Below, piece after piece: positions 16,120 through 24,665 of a DNA stretch of 26,287 nucleotides. The notes under the pieces are model-generated. The model searched no databases and was not told where the DNA came from. It was given only the letters and a program-made list of their open reading frames with translations. The DNA is from an uncultured Ardenticatenaceae bacterium (GTDB lineage: Bacteria > Chloroflexota > Anaerolineae > Promineifilales > Promineifilaceae), in the NCBI GenBank assembly GCA_964507675.1, contig CAZDSN010000002.1, forward strand, positions 1 through 26,287, read 5' to 3'. Numbering within the stretch: position 1 is the first letter of the stretch; each line of letters opens with the position of its first letter. The translations under genes were made by a program, and so were the position numbers.

Positions 16120-17001
16120 TCAGGCGCTGTCAAAGAGGACCAGGCGAAAAGGGTGCAAGGGGGTAAGGTGGCGCTGTTGCAGCCAGGGAGCAGCGGCGAT
16201 TTCCAGCGTGCAGTAACCAAAAGAGGCTACGGTAATCGGGCGTGTGCCCGCCTGTATGTGCAGTTGGTGCAGCACATCGCGCAGGATCTGTCCCGTGAAG
16301 GGTGTAAACATGAAAAAGAGAGTGCCATCCGCGTAAGTAAGATCGCGGGTATCTGCATTGCTAAAAGAGACGCGATCCAGGTTGAGACGGGCAGCGTTTG
16401 CGGCGGCTACCTGGCAGTAGGCCGGCTCAAATTCGACGCCCTTGCTGGCTGCCCCTGTCAGCAGATGAAACAGGATAACGACCATACCCAGCCCCGCGCC
16501 CAGATCGTAAAAGACGCTGGCGGGCGTTGGCGTGACCAAACGCGCCAGTTCCAGTACCACAGAGGCGGGCGCAGCTTCATATTGCACCATCTCCCGCTCG
16601 CGCGGACGGGTTTCGGCGGGTTGTTTGTTGATGTCCAGCAGCCCGTTGATGAATTCATCCAGCCCAGTGGGAGTGATGTGTAGTTGGCTGCCCAGCGGCG
16701 GTGAGCCAACGATTTCCGCGCAAAATTGGATCAATGCTGCCCGCGAATAGCTGCCCGACTGAATTTGTCCTCGCCAGAATTGAATAATCTGGTCATTGGT
16801 TTGCTGGATACGTTGTTGCAGCGCCGCCGCGCCCTGCCGCAAGGCTGCCAGGTCTTCCCCCTGGCGACCATAGCGGACGTATTCCAGCGCCAGGTCTGTC
16901 AGGGCAAGGGCGTGAGCGCGCTGGCGAAAGTTGGCGTCCGCTGTCAGGTGTGGGTCGTTGAGGTATGCGTGCAGTTCCGTCGCAATGGCTGCGTAGTTCA
17001 T
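16120..17001 (-). CDS. Class I SAM-dependent methyltransferase, DOT1-like, with helical N-terminal region
   Basis: FYDLGAGLG, GVEFEP, NADTRD, FFMFTPF. Confidence 0.85.
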   Translation of the reverse strand: MNYAAIATELHAYLNDPHLTADANFRQRAHALALTDLALEYVRYGRQGEDLAALRQGAAALQQRIQQTNDQIIQFWRGQIQSGSYSRAALIQFCAEIVGSPPLGSQLHITPTGLDEFINGLLDINKQPAETRPREREMVQYEAAPASVVLELARLVTPTPASVFYDLGAGLGMVVILFHLLTGAASKGVEFEPAYCQVAAANAARLNLDRVSFSNADTRDLTYADGTLFFMFTPFTGQILRDVLHQLHIQAGTRPITVASFGYCTLEIAAAPWLQQRHLTPLHPFRLVLFDSA

Positions 17002-17334
17002 GGGCTTGCCAACCCTTTTCTATTCAGGTTAGATGTCAGTTGATACCGTTCCCAGATTCGTCTAAGCCGTCAGCCTATCGGAGCCGTTAGTTTCCTTTGT
17101 CTGTCATACGCCCGGCCCCAAGGGCCATGTCAAGGCCTATCTTTTGGCCACGGAAAGTCAACTTTTGCCAGAAATTGAACTCCGGCTGCCCGCCAATCTA
17201 AATCTGGCAGACTACTAGCCCAGGGAACGGTTCTGTCATAAACTTAACTTCTATGAGAACTTTCCTGGATTAGCTGGCGTTGTCTCTGCCGGGTGTAGGG
17301 ATTTTGCCGCGTTCAGTAAGGTTCCAGACTCACT

Positions 17335-17343
17335 TGCTATGTT
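17335..17343 (+). promoter_or_regulatory. Possible extended -10 promoter of the ppa operon
   Basis: TG-C-TATGTT, 25 nt before the ppa ATG; no good -35. Confidence 0.3.
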
Positions 17344-17368
17344 ACTCTACTTATAAAAGGAAAACAGC

Positions 17369-17908
17369 ATGAACCTTTGGCATGACCTTTCCACCGGTCC
17401 CAACCCCCCGGAACTGATTCACGTGCTCGTGGAAATTCCCGGCGGCAGCCGCAACAAATACGAATTTGACCATGATGGCGGCTTTATTCGCCTCAACCGT
17501 GTCCTGGCTTCTTCCTTTTACTATCCTGCTGATTATGGCCTGATCCCGCAAACATTTTACGATGATGGCGACCCACTGGACGTACTGGTGCTGATTAAGG
17601 AGCCTACCTTTCCTGGCTGCGTCATTACGGCGCGCCCCATCGGCATATTCCGCATGTTAGACCAGGATGATCATGACGACAAAGTCCTGGCTGTGGCCGC
17701 TAACGATCCCCTCTATCAAGATTATCGCAATGTCTACGATGTGCCCAAACATTTTCTGCGGGAGGTGGCTCATTTTTTTGAACGATATAAGGACCTAGAA
17801 GGCAAGCATGTAAAAGCGGTGGGTTGGGAGCCACGCCAGGAGGCGCTGGAAAGCATTCTGCACGCTATGAAGCTGTATAGAGAAAAGGATTGGTCTCATC
17901 ACGGTTAA
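17369..17908 (+). CDS. ppa: Inorganic pyrophosphatase, family I
   Basis: SRNKYEFD, YPADYGLIPQT, DDGDPLDVLV, DDKVLAV, HFFERYKDLEGK; AAGGA SD. Confidence 0.97.
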   Translation: MNLWHDLSTGPNPPELIHVLVEIPGGSRNKYEFDHDGGFIRLNRVLASSFYYPADYGLIPQTFYDDGDPLDVLVLIKEPTFPGCVITARPIGIFRMLDQDDHDDKVLAVAANDPLYQDYRNVYDVPKHFLREVAHFFERYKDLEGKHVKAVGWEPRQEALESILHAMKLYREKDWSHHG

Positions 17909-17936
17909 TGGATTATATTTTTGAGCTGAGGAAACT

Positions 17937-18311
17937 ATGCGGTTTTTGTTGATCGCTGTAGGAGCAGCGTTAGGGGCGAACGCCCGATACCTGGTGGGAA
18001 TGTGGGCGGGGTCTCGATTCGGCGCTGATTTCCCCTATGGCACCTTGATCGTTAATGTGACAGGCAGCCTGCTGCTTGGTTTCTTGCTAACGCTGGTGAC
18101 CGGGCGTATGCGTCTATCGCCCGACATGCGCCTGCTGCTGGCTGTCGGCTTTGTTGGCTCCTACACTACTTTCTCGTCCTATACCGTGGAAAGTATCACT
18201 TTGCTGCGTCAGGGCACGCTCTGGTTAGGGTTGTTGAATATTTTCGGCAACAACTTACTGGGCCTGATATGCGCTTTGCTGGGGGCTTATCTGGCGCGGC
18301 TGGTTGCCTGA
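17937..18311 (+). CDS. crcB: Fluoride efflux channel Fluc/CrcB
   Basis: GANARY, GTLIVNVTGSLLLG and GFVGSYTTFSSY; four hydrophobic helices. Confidence 0.96.
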   Translation: MRFLLIAVGAALGANARYLVGMWAGSRFGADFPYGTLIVNVTGSLLLGFLLTLVTGRMRLSPDMRLLLAVGFVGSYTTFSSYTVESITLLRQGTLWLGLLNIFGNNLLGLICALLGAYLARLVA

Positions 18312-18368
18312 CGAACGCCAGCGCTGCCATAAAAAAGAGCCGTCTGCTTATGATTTGCCTGAGGCCCT

Positions 18369-19640
18369 ATGCAATTACAGGGAAAAGCGTTACGCGTTAC
18401 CATTTATATTGGCGAGAATGACCATTACCAGGGAAAAGCGCTGCACATGGCGCTGCTGCAGTTTCTAAAGCGTGAAGGGGCGGCAGGCGCGACTGTGATT
18501 CAGGGTATGGCAGGTTTTGGCGCGCGCAGCCGTATTCACACGGCTTCAATTGTAACCCTGTCACAAGATTTACCGCTGCGATTAGAGTGGGTAGATCAGT
18601 CCGATGTCGTGGAGCGATTGCTGCCGCAGGTGCAGCAAATGGTGGACGATGGCTTGATTACGGTGGAAGCGGTGGAGGTGGTGCAGTATGCGCCTGGACG
18701 TCGCCCGGATCCATTGGCGCTGCCGGTTCATGATGTCATGCAAACGGAAGTGGCTTCGGTGCTGCCGGCAGCTTCCATGGCCGAGGTAGTCGGACTGCTG
18801 CTGGAAAAGGGGTATCGCAGTTTACCTGTGGTTGAACCGGATGGGCGATTGGTAGGCATTATCACGGATGGAGACCTTCTGCGGCGGGCAAATACATCAG
18901 CGCGCTTAGATTTGCAGTTGGAAATGCCGGCTCAACTCAAACAACAGTTGACTGATTTGCAGCAGCGGCACGAGACGGCCGCGGACATCATGACGCAGCC
19001 CGTCGTCACCATCACTGCGGACGATCCCCTGCAATTGGCTGTCAGCCGCATGGTAGTGCATGGCCTGAAGCGGCTGCCCGTTGTGGACGCCCAATCCCGT
19101 CTGTCCGGTTGGATCAGCCGCGTAGACATACTGCGTGCTGTCGCCTACCATCAACACGCGCCCGCGGCAGTGGAGACGCTGTCACAGGGCAGCACCATTG
19201 CCGAGCTAATGATTCGTGACGTACCTACCGTAACGCCGCAAGCGTCCCTGGCCGAAATCATCCGCGCCTTGGAAGGGCAGCAGCAGCGACGGGTTGTGGT
19301 AGTAGATGCCAGCCATCGCGTGTTGGGCATCATCACCGATGGCGATCTGATTCGACGCAGCCAGCCGGCGCGCCAACCTGGTGTGCTGTCTCGCCTGCGC
19401 GATCTGGTTGCTGGACCGGCCATCGCTCAACCTGCGCCGTTATTCTCCTCCAGTGAAACGGCTGCCAGCCTGATGACGGCTCCCGCCATGACCATCACGT
19501 TGGACACGCCCCTGGCGCAAGCGCTGGAACTCATGCTGCAACATAAAATAAAACGTCTGCCTGTTGTGGACGCCGATGGACGGCTGTTGGGGCTTTTGGG
19601 TCGGGACAGCCTGCTGCGAGGGTTCTTGCACGAAGCTTGA
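18369..19640 (+). CDS. DUF190 (PII-like) domain fused to four CBS domains
   Basis: N-terminal LRVTIYIGEND...GATVIQGMAGFG...LSQDLP, then four CBS units (e.g. LPVVEPDGRLVGIITDGDL). Confidence 0.9.
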   Translation: MQLQGKALRVTIYIGENDHYQGKALHMALLQFLKREGAAGATVIQGMAGFGARSRIHTASIVTLSQDLPLRLEWVDQSDVVERLLPQVQQMVDDGLITVEAVEVVQYAPGRRPDPLALPVHDVMQTEVASVLPAASMAEVVGLLLEKGYRSLPVVEPDGRLVGIITDGDLLRRANTSARLDLQLEMPAQLKQQLTDLQQRHETAADIMTQPVVTITADDPLQLAVSRMVVHGLKRLPVVDAQSRLSGWISRVDILRAVAYHQHAPAAVETLSQGSTIAELMIRDVPTVTPQASLAEIIRALEGQQQRRVVVVDASHRVLGIITDGDLIRRSQPARQPGVLSRLRDLVAGPAIAQPAPLFSSSETAASLMTAPAMTITLDTPLAQALELMLQHKIKRLPVVDADGRLLGLLGRDSLLRGFLHEA

Positions 19641-19643
19641 GAC

Positions 19644-19668
19644 TACAAAACTCTTCAAGACTTTTGTA
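19644..19668. terminator. Hairpin between convergent genes
   Basis: TACAAAA-c-TCT-tca-AGA-c-TTTTGTA: 10-bp stem with one C-C mismatch. Confidence 0.45.
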
Positions 19669-19684
19669 CTCTGTGCTGGCGGCT

Positions 19685-20998
19685 TTAGGGCTCAGTTTCG
19701 TCGTCGTTCAAGCCTTGCTTTTTGCGCCAGATGCGGGCCAGGCGATGGGCCAGTTCTGTTTGTACCAGGGAGGCGCGGGCCGGCGTCCACGAATTAACCA
19801 GCCGCAGCGCCGCTTCTGTCCACTGCTGCGCTTGCGCCAGGTCGTGGACGCGCCACTCATAATATTTGGCTAACTCCAGGTGCGCCCACACGTCGTCATA
19901 ACTGGTCACTGCCGCCTGCTGCCACAGTTCTACAGCTTCTGTCCACCTTTCCTGCCGCTTCAACAGGTCTGCCAGCAAACCGAGCGCCCGCTGGTACGCC
20001 TCCAGAGGTAAATCCTGCTGCGCCAATGCCAGGCGCAGGTTGGTTTCCGCCGCCCCGTCCAATCCCAGGTCTTTTTGCCACTTTCCCAGGCTCAGCAGGT
20101 CGCGGGCATCGTCATACGGCTGCGGCTGGTGGAACTGGCGCAGCAATTGCTGTGCCAGGGAAACCATGGTGATGAGGTCGAGTTGATTATGATAAAAAAC
20201 GCGCGCCATGTCCCGCCCATCCCCGTGCTGCAAATAATCATAATAAAGCCGCGGAATCAACCAACCAGGCACGTCATCCTGGCTGCGGCGCAGCGCCAAC
20301 AGTTTCTTTTCCAGTTCGGTTAAGGCCACCGACCCCAACCGCGCCCGCCACAGGCGGCGCGCTGGCGGCAGCAAGTCCAGATGGGGCATGTCAGGCGCCA
20401 CGCCCACCATGTGACCCATGCGGTTTAGCAGATAGCGGCGATCAAGAAGCGGCAGGTCAAAGCTGCGCCCATTAAAGCTGATGAGGCCGGCCTTTTCTTG
20501 CAGCAGGCGGGCCAGCCAGTGCAGCATGGCCGGTTCATCGTCGTGGTCGCGTAGGAAGTATTGGCGGGCCACAAAGGCGTCCCCGTCATAAAAGGCTGCC
20601 CCGACCATAAAGGCAAACGTGCCCGCCCCGGCCAGTCCAGTCGTTTCGGTGTCAATAAACACGAAATCCTGAAAACGAAGGTCAGCCAGCCGCTGGTCGC
20701 CGCAGAAAGACACAGCCGTGTTCGGCGCGAATTGCAGCAAGTCTCCCACCCGATGCCCGCCATGCTCATGCGTTAAGGGGTATACGTGGTCAATGATCAG
20801 GCACGCGCCTTCGTCGTTCTCTTCCGGGCGCAAACCGGGCAAGAGGGTGGTCAGCGGTTGGGGCTCGCTGGGGACAGCGACCTCATTGGGGAAGAGTGGT
20901 TCTACGGGAAATGCCGGCAGCGGCGGCGCAGGTTTCAAATGGCGCGTCCCTTTGACGACACCCAGGCGGCGGAGTTTGGCTTCCCACTGTTCGTTCAT
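19685..20998 (-). CDS. YprB/MrfB-like DEDD exonuclease (RNase_H_2) with C-terminal TPR repeats
   Basis: FIDTETTGL, ISFNGRSFDLP, HLDLLPPARRLW and YNQLDL-like motifs; TPR-like helices ending HLELAKYYEWR. Confidence 0.88.
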   Translation of the reverse strand: MNEQWEAKLRRLGVVKGTRHLKPAPPLPAFPVEPLFPNEVAVPSEPQPLTTLLPGLRPEENDEGACLIIDHVYPLTHEHGGHRVGDLLQFAPNTAVSFCGDQRLADLRFQDFVFIDTETTGLAGAGTFAFMVGAAFYDGDAFVARQYFLRDHDDEPAMLHWLARLLQEKAGLISFNGRSFDLPLLDRRYLLNRMGHMVGVAPDMPHLDLLPPARRLWRARLGSVALTELEKKLLALRRSQDDVPGWLIPRLYYDYLQHGDGRDMARVFYHNQLDLITMVSLAQQLLRQFHQPQPYDDARDLLSLGKWQKDLGLDGAAETNLRLALAQQDLPLEAYQRALGLLADLLKRQERWTEAVELWQQAAVTSYDDVWAHLELAKYYEWRVHDLAQAQQWTEAALRLVNSWTPARASLVQTELAHRLARIWRKKQGLNDDETEP

Positions 20999-21007
20999 GC
21001 GCTCACT

Positions 21008-22216
21008 TCAGATCAGATGGAGGGCTTGCACCACCGTGTCCAGGTCCTTGTCGCCGCGCCCGCTGAGGTTCACCAGGATGATCTGGTCGGGGCGCATGGC
21101 GCGGGCGCGTTTGATGGCTTCGGCGACGGCGTGGCTAGATTCCAGGGCGGGGATAATGCCTTCACTCTGGCACAGCGTCTGGAAGGCGGCCAGCGCCTCT
21201 TCGTCGGTGGCGTAAGTGTAGCCGGCCCGCTCCTGGTCGCGCAGCCAGGCATGTTCTGGCCCTACGCTGGGGTAATCCAGACCGGCGCTGATGCTGTGCG
21301 TCTCCCGGATCTGGCCGTCGGGTGTTTGCATGACGAAGCTTTTGGTGCCGTGCAGCACGCCCACGCGGGAAATAGTCAGGTCGGCAAAGCGGGCGGCGTG
21401 CTTTCCGCCAGCAATACCTTCGCCCCCTGCTTCCACACCGATCAAGGCGACCTGCTCATCATCGTGGAAAGCATGAAAGATACCCATGGCATTGCTGCCG
21501 CCGCCAACACAGGCAATCACCGCATCGGGCAGGCGGCCTGTTTCCGCCAGCATTTGCTGCCGCGCTTCCTGGCCAATGATGCTTTGAAGGTCGCGTACCA
21601 TCATCGGGTAAGGATGGGGGCCGAGGACAGAGCCAAGCAGATAGTGGGTGGTCTCTACGTTGGTGACCCAGTCGCGGATGGCTTCGTTAATGGCATCCTT
21701 CAGCGTTTTGCTGCCGCTTTCCACGGGGCGCACCTCCGCGCCCAGTAGCTTCATGCGCAGGACGTTGGGTTTCTGGCGGGCGATGTCCACGCTGCCCATG
21801 TAGACGATGCACTCCAACCCCAACAGAGCGCAGGCGGTAGCTGCGCCGACGCCGTGCTGTCCCGCGCCTGTTTCGGCCACGATACGGCGCTTGCCCATGC
21901 GCTGCGCCAGCAATGCCTGGCCCAGGGCGTTATTGATTTTATGCGCGCCCGTGTGGTTAAGGTCTTCCCGTTTCAAGTAAATTTGCGCCCCACCCAGGGC
22001 AGCGCTGAGCCGCTGCGCATGGCTGATGGGTGAAGGGCGGCCTACGTAGGTGCGCAGCAGGTGTTGGAACTGGGCAATGAAGTTGGGGTCCTGGCGGGCG
22101 GCGTCGTAGGCGGCAGTGAGGGCGGAGAGCGCCGGCATCAGCGTCTCCGGCACAAACTGCCCCCCATAAGGGCCAAACTTGCCACGAGCATCAGGGATAG
22201 AAGTGGGTTTGAACAT
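21008..22216 (-). CDS. trpB: Tryptophan synthase beta chain
   Basis: [15 protein letters not shown] (PLP lysine), [32 protein letters not shown]. Confidence 0.99.
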   Translation of the reverse strand: MFKPTSIPDARGKFGPYGGQFVPETLMPALSALTAAYDAARQDPNFIAQFQHLLRTYVGRPSPISHAQRLSAALGGAQIYLKREDLNHTGAHKINNALGQALLAQRMGKRRIVAETGAGQHGVGAATACALLGLECIVYMGSVDIARQKPNVLRMKLLGAEVRPVESGSKTLKDAINEAIRDWVTNVETTHYLLGSVLGPHPYPMMVRDLQSIIGQEARQQMLAETGRLPDAVIACVGGGSNAMGIFHAFHDDEQVALIGVEAGGEGIAGGKHAARFADLTISRVGVLHGTKSFVMQTPDGQIRETHSISAGLDYPSVGPEHAWLRDQERAGYTYATDEEALAAFQTLCQSEGIIPALESSHAVAEAIKRARAMRPDQIILVNLSGRGDKDLDTVVQALHLI

Positions 22217-22238
22217 GGCGATTCCTGCTAACGAGGGG

Positions 22239-22814
22239 TTAGCGAATACTGTGACCGGCGGCCGCCTGATGCAATTCTAGCAGTTTGGGCTTACACAACA
22301 GCAAAGCCATCACACTCGGCGCGTCGCTGATTTCTCCCTGTTCGGCCATGCGCAGGGCGGCGGGGATGGGCGTGGGGCAAATCTCGATTACTTCTGTTGG
22401 CTCGTGCGCCGTTTCGCCCAGGGTGACGCCTGTGGCCAGGAAGTAATAGCCGACTTCATCGCAGATGCCATTGGCCGTATAGAACTGACCCAGGGGCATC
22501 CAGCCGCGTGCCTGGCCGCCGGTTTCTTCGAGCAGCTCTGCCTGGGCTGTACTCAGGGGTGTTGCCGCGGGTTTAACGCTGCCGGCAGGAATCTCCCAAC
22601 ACCAATCATCCACCGTGTAACGATACGTGTTAATCAACACAATCTCGCCCGCATCCGTCACCGGAACGACCCAGACAGCGGCGGGGTGCTGCACCACGTG
22701 ATATTCCCCCGGCTGCCCGTCTGGCAAAATGATCTGGTCAGAACGGATGCTGTACCAGGGGCTGTTCCAGGTAATCTGGCTGGAAATGGTGCGAAAAGGG
22801 GAAGGTCGTTTCAT
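22239..22814 (-). CDS. Nudix hydrolase (ADP-ribose pyrophosphatase-like) with variant Nudix box
   Basis: WEIPAG...ELLEETG, FYTANG, ISDAPS. ATG 22814 preferred over TTG 22841. Confidence 0.88.
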   Translation of the reverse strand: MKRPSPFRTISSQITWNSPWYSIRSDQIILPDGQPGEYHVVQHPAAVWVVPVTDAGEIVLINTYRYTVDDWCWEIPAGSVKPAATPLSTAQAELLEETGGQARGWMPLGQFYTANGICDEVGYYFLATGVTLGETAHEPTEVIEICPTPIPAALRMAEQGEISDAPSVMALLLCKPKLLELHQAAAGHSIR

Positions 22815-22860
22815 TTTGGGGAGCAGCCGTATTTGGGGCAAGTTAGAAGCCTGGCCGCCA

Positions 22861-23841
22861 TTACATCCATTCGCGGCGGCGCATCCACCAATACATGATG
22901 GCCGGCGAAAGGAACATGACCATCAAGGTAAGTGTAAAGGCCACCCGCCCGGTCCAACCAGCCAGCGGCGTCACCGGTTGGAAGAAGTTCATGCCGAAAA
23001 AACCCGTGAGGAAGGTGAGCGGCATAAAAAAGGTAGTGATGATGGTCAACGTCTTCATGATATCGTTCATGCGGTTGTTTACCGCCGACAGGTAAGTGTC
23101 CAACGCGCCGCCAACCAGATCGCGCTGTCCCTCACTGATTTCATGCAGGCGCATCAGATGGTCGTAAATGTCGCGGAAAAATATCCGCTCTCGTTCATCA
23201 ATGACAGCATACTCATCTCGCGCCAGTTTGTTGAGCATTTCCCGCTGCGGCCCCAGGGTGCGGCGCAGAGAAATCACCACCCGCTTTAGCGGAAACAGTC
23301 GCGTCAGCACATTGCCGTTGGGCCGGGCAAAGATGTCGTCTTCCAAACCATCTACCAGGTCATCAATCTGTTCCAGCACGACGATGTAGCTGGTGACCAG
23401 TTCATCAATCAGGCGATAGAGTAAATGATCAGGCCCGGAACGGAGGTAGCGTTCATCTTGCTGGCAGGTTTCCCAGATGTCCTGGACAGCCGCCATGGGC
23501 TTTTTCTGATAGGTGACCAGGTAATGTTTGCCGACAAAGATATCCAGTTCGGGGGTCTCAATTTCCAGTTTCTCAGCGTTAAATTCGAGCGCGCGCAGCA
23601 CCAGATAGAGATAATCGCCCCAATCATCTACTTTGGGCAGGTGGGTTTCGTTGAGGGCGTCGTCAACTGCCAGGGGATGGAAGCCGAATATCTCCCGCAG
23701 CAGCGGTTCCACCACTTTGTCTGGCTCATCCGCAATCATCACCCACACCAGCCCTTCTGGCTGGCGTAGGGCATCGGGCAGCGCGGTCAGAGGGATGTCT
23801 ATGTGGAAGGTGTCGTCGGCGCGGTAGAGGGTGCGAATCAT
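22861..23841 (-). CDS. corA: Magnesium/cobalt transporter CorA
   Basis: FGFHPLAVDD, PKVDDW, FFRDIYDH, MNDIMKTLT and GFFGMNF signature; ATGA overlap with trpF. Confidence 0.97.
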   Translation of the reverse strand: MIRTLYRADDTFHIDIPLTALPDALRQPEGLVWVMIADEPDKVVEPLLREIFGFHPLAVDDALNETHLPKVDDWGDYLYLVLRALEFNAEKLEIETPELDIFVGKHYLVTYQKKPMAAVQDIWETCQQDERYLRSGPDHLLYRLIDELVTSYIVVLEQIDDLVDGLEDDIFARPNGNVLTRLFPLKRVVISLRRTLGPQREMLNKLARDEYAVIDERERIFFRDIYDHLMRLHEISEGQRDLVGGALDTYLSAVNNRMNDIMKTLTIITTFFMPLTFLTGFFGMNFFQPVTPLAGWTGRVAFTLTLMVMFLSPAIMYWWMRRREWM

Positions 23842-24500
23842 AGGGCACTGTGTGCAGCGGTAATGAAGGCGCGCACGGCATTATGGTCTTTGATGCCAGT
23901 CGCCTGTTCGACGCCGCCGGCCACATCCACGGCGAATGGTTGTACTTGCCGCACGGCGGCGGCCACGTTGTGGGGCGTCAGGCCGCCGGCCAGCATCAGG
24001 CCTGGAATTTGGGCCGCCAGGTGGGCGGCTGTTTGCCAGTCGCCTGTCTGACCTGTGCCGCCGCGCCAATGGGGGTGGTAGGTGTCTATGAGAAGGGCGG
24101 GATGGTCAGGGTGGCGGGCCGGCGGCAAATACCACTCAGCCTCAGCTTCAGCTTCGGCCAGAGAGGTAGGGCACAGTCCTTTATAAGCACGGCCGTAGAG
24201 GGGGGAAGCCGGGTCGCCAATGAGGGCCGGTACTTCTTCTCCGTGCAGTTGGGCCAGATCCATGCCGCATTCGTCCATTTGCGCGGCCATTTCCGCACCG
24301 CTGGCGTTGACAAAGACGCCGACGAGCAGTGGACGTGGGCGCTGTTGGCGCATAGCCTGGCAGATGGCGGCTGCCGCCGCGGGTTGGATGGCCCGTTTGC
24401 TGCCCGGCCACAAAATGAAGCCCAGATAGTCAGCGCCAGCGGCGGCGGCAACCAGGGCATCTTCCAGGTTAGTGATACCGCATATTTTCACGCGGGTCAC
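23838..24500 (-). CDS. trpF: Phosphoribosylanthranilate isomerase
   Basis: Start moved to GTG 24500 after GGAGGT. VKICGITN, VGVFVN, AQLHGEE, GGTGQTGDW, LAGGLTPHNV, VDVAGGVE. Confidence 0.96.
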   Translation of the reverse strand: MTRVKICGITNLEDALVAAAAGADYLGFILWPGSKRAIQPAAAAAICQAMRQQRPRPLLVGVFVNASGAEMAAQMDECGMDLAQLHGEEVPALIGDPASPLYGRAYKGLCPTSLAEAEAEAEWYLPPARHPDHPALLIDTYHPHWRGGTGQTGDWQTAAHLAAQIPGLMLAGGLTPHNVAAAVRQVQPFAVDVAGGVEQATGIKDHNAVRAFITAAHSAL

Positions 24501-24574
24501 GTGGTAACCTCCATGAAATGCACGCTTCGGCAAATTGCCTGATGGGAATGTTTCATTTCAGTTTGCCGTCCTCT

Positions 24575-24634
24575 GTAGGACGATTCGCTGAATTGTCCTG
24601 GGCAGAGAGTGAACAATTTGGCAAATTGTCCTAC
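24575..24634. repeat. Inverted pair of GTAG-type REP elements (REPIN-like)
   Basis: + strand GTAG-GACGATTC-GCT-GAATTGTC (24575-24597); - strand GTAG-GACAATTTG-C-CAAATTGTTC (24634-24611). Confidence 0.65.
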
Positions 24635-24665
24635 GGTTTCAACTCATTTGAAACATACCTGTTGC

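Noticed and set aside
17103-17133. Perfect TTGACA on the minus strand (17133-17128)
   Set aside because: The nearest -10-like hexamer (TATGAC) needs a 19-bp spacer, so support is weak.
17002-17936. Fluoride riboswitch upstream of ppa or crcB
   Set aside because: I could not find the conserved GAUGG...GUUC and CUGAUGAC segments on either strand by eye; a covariance-model search is needed to exclude it.
20786-21748. 320-aa + strand ORF
   Set aside because: Antisense shadow of trpB and the exonuclease gene.
24501-24665. Trp attenuator or T-box before trpF
   Set aside because: No Trp-codon leader peptide or T-box motif on the minus strand; the hairpins fit REP elements better.
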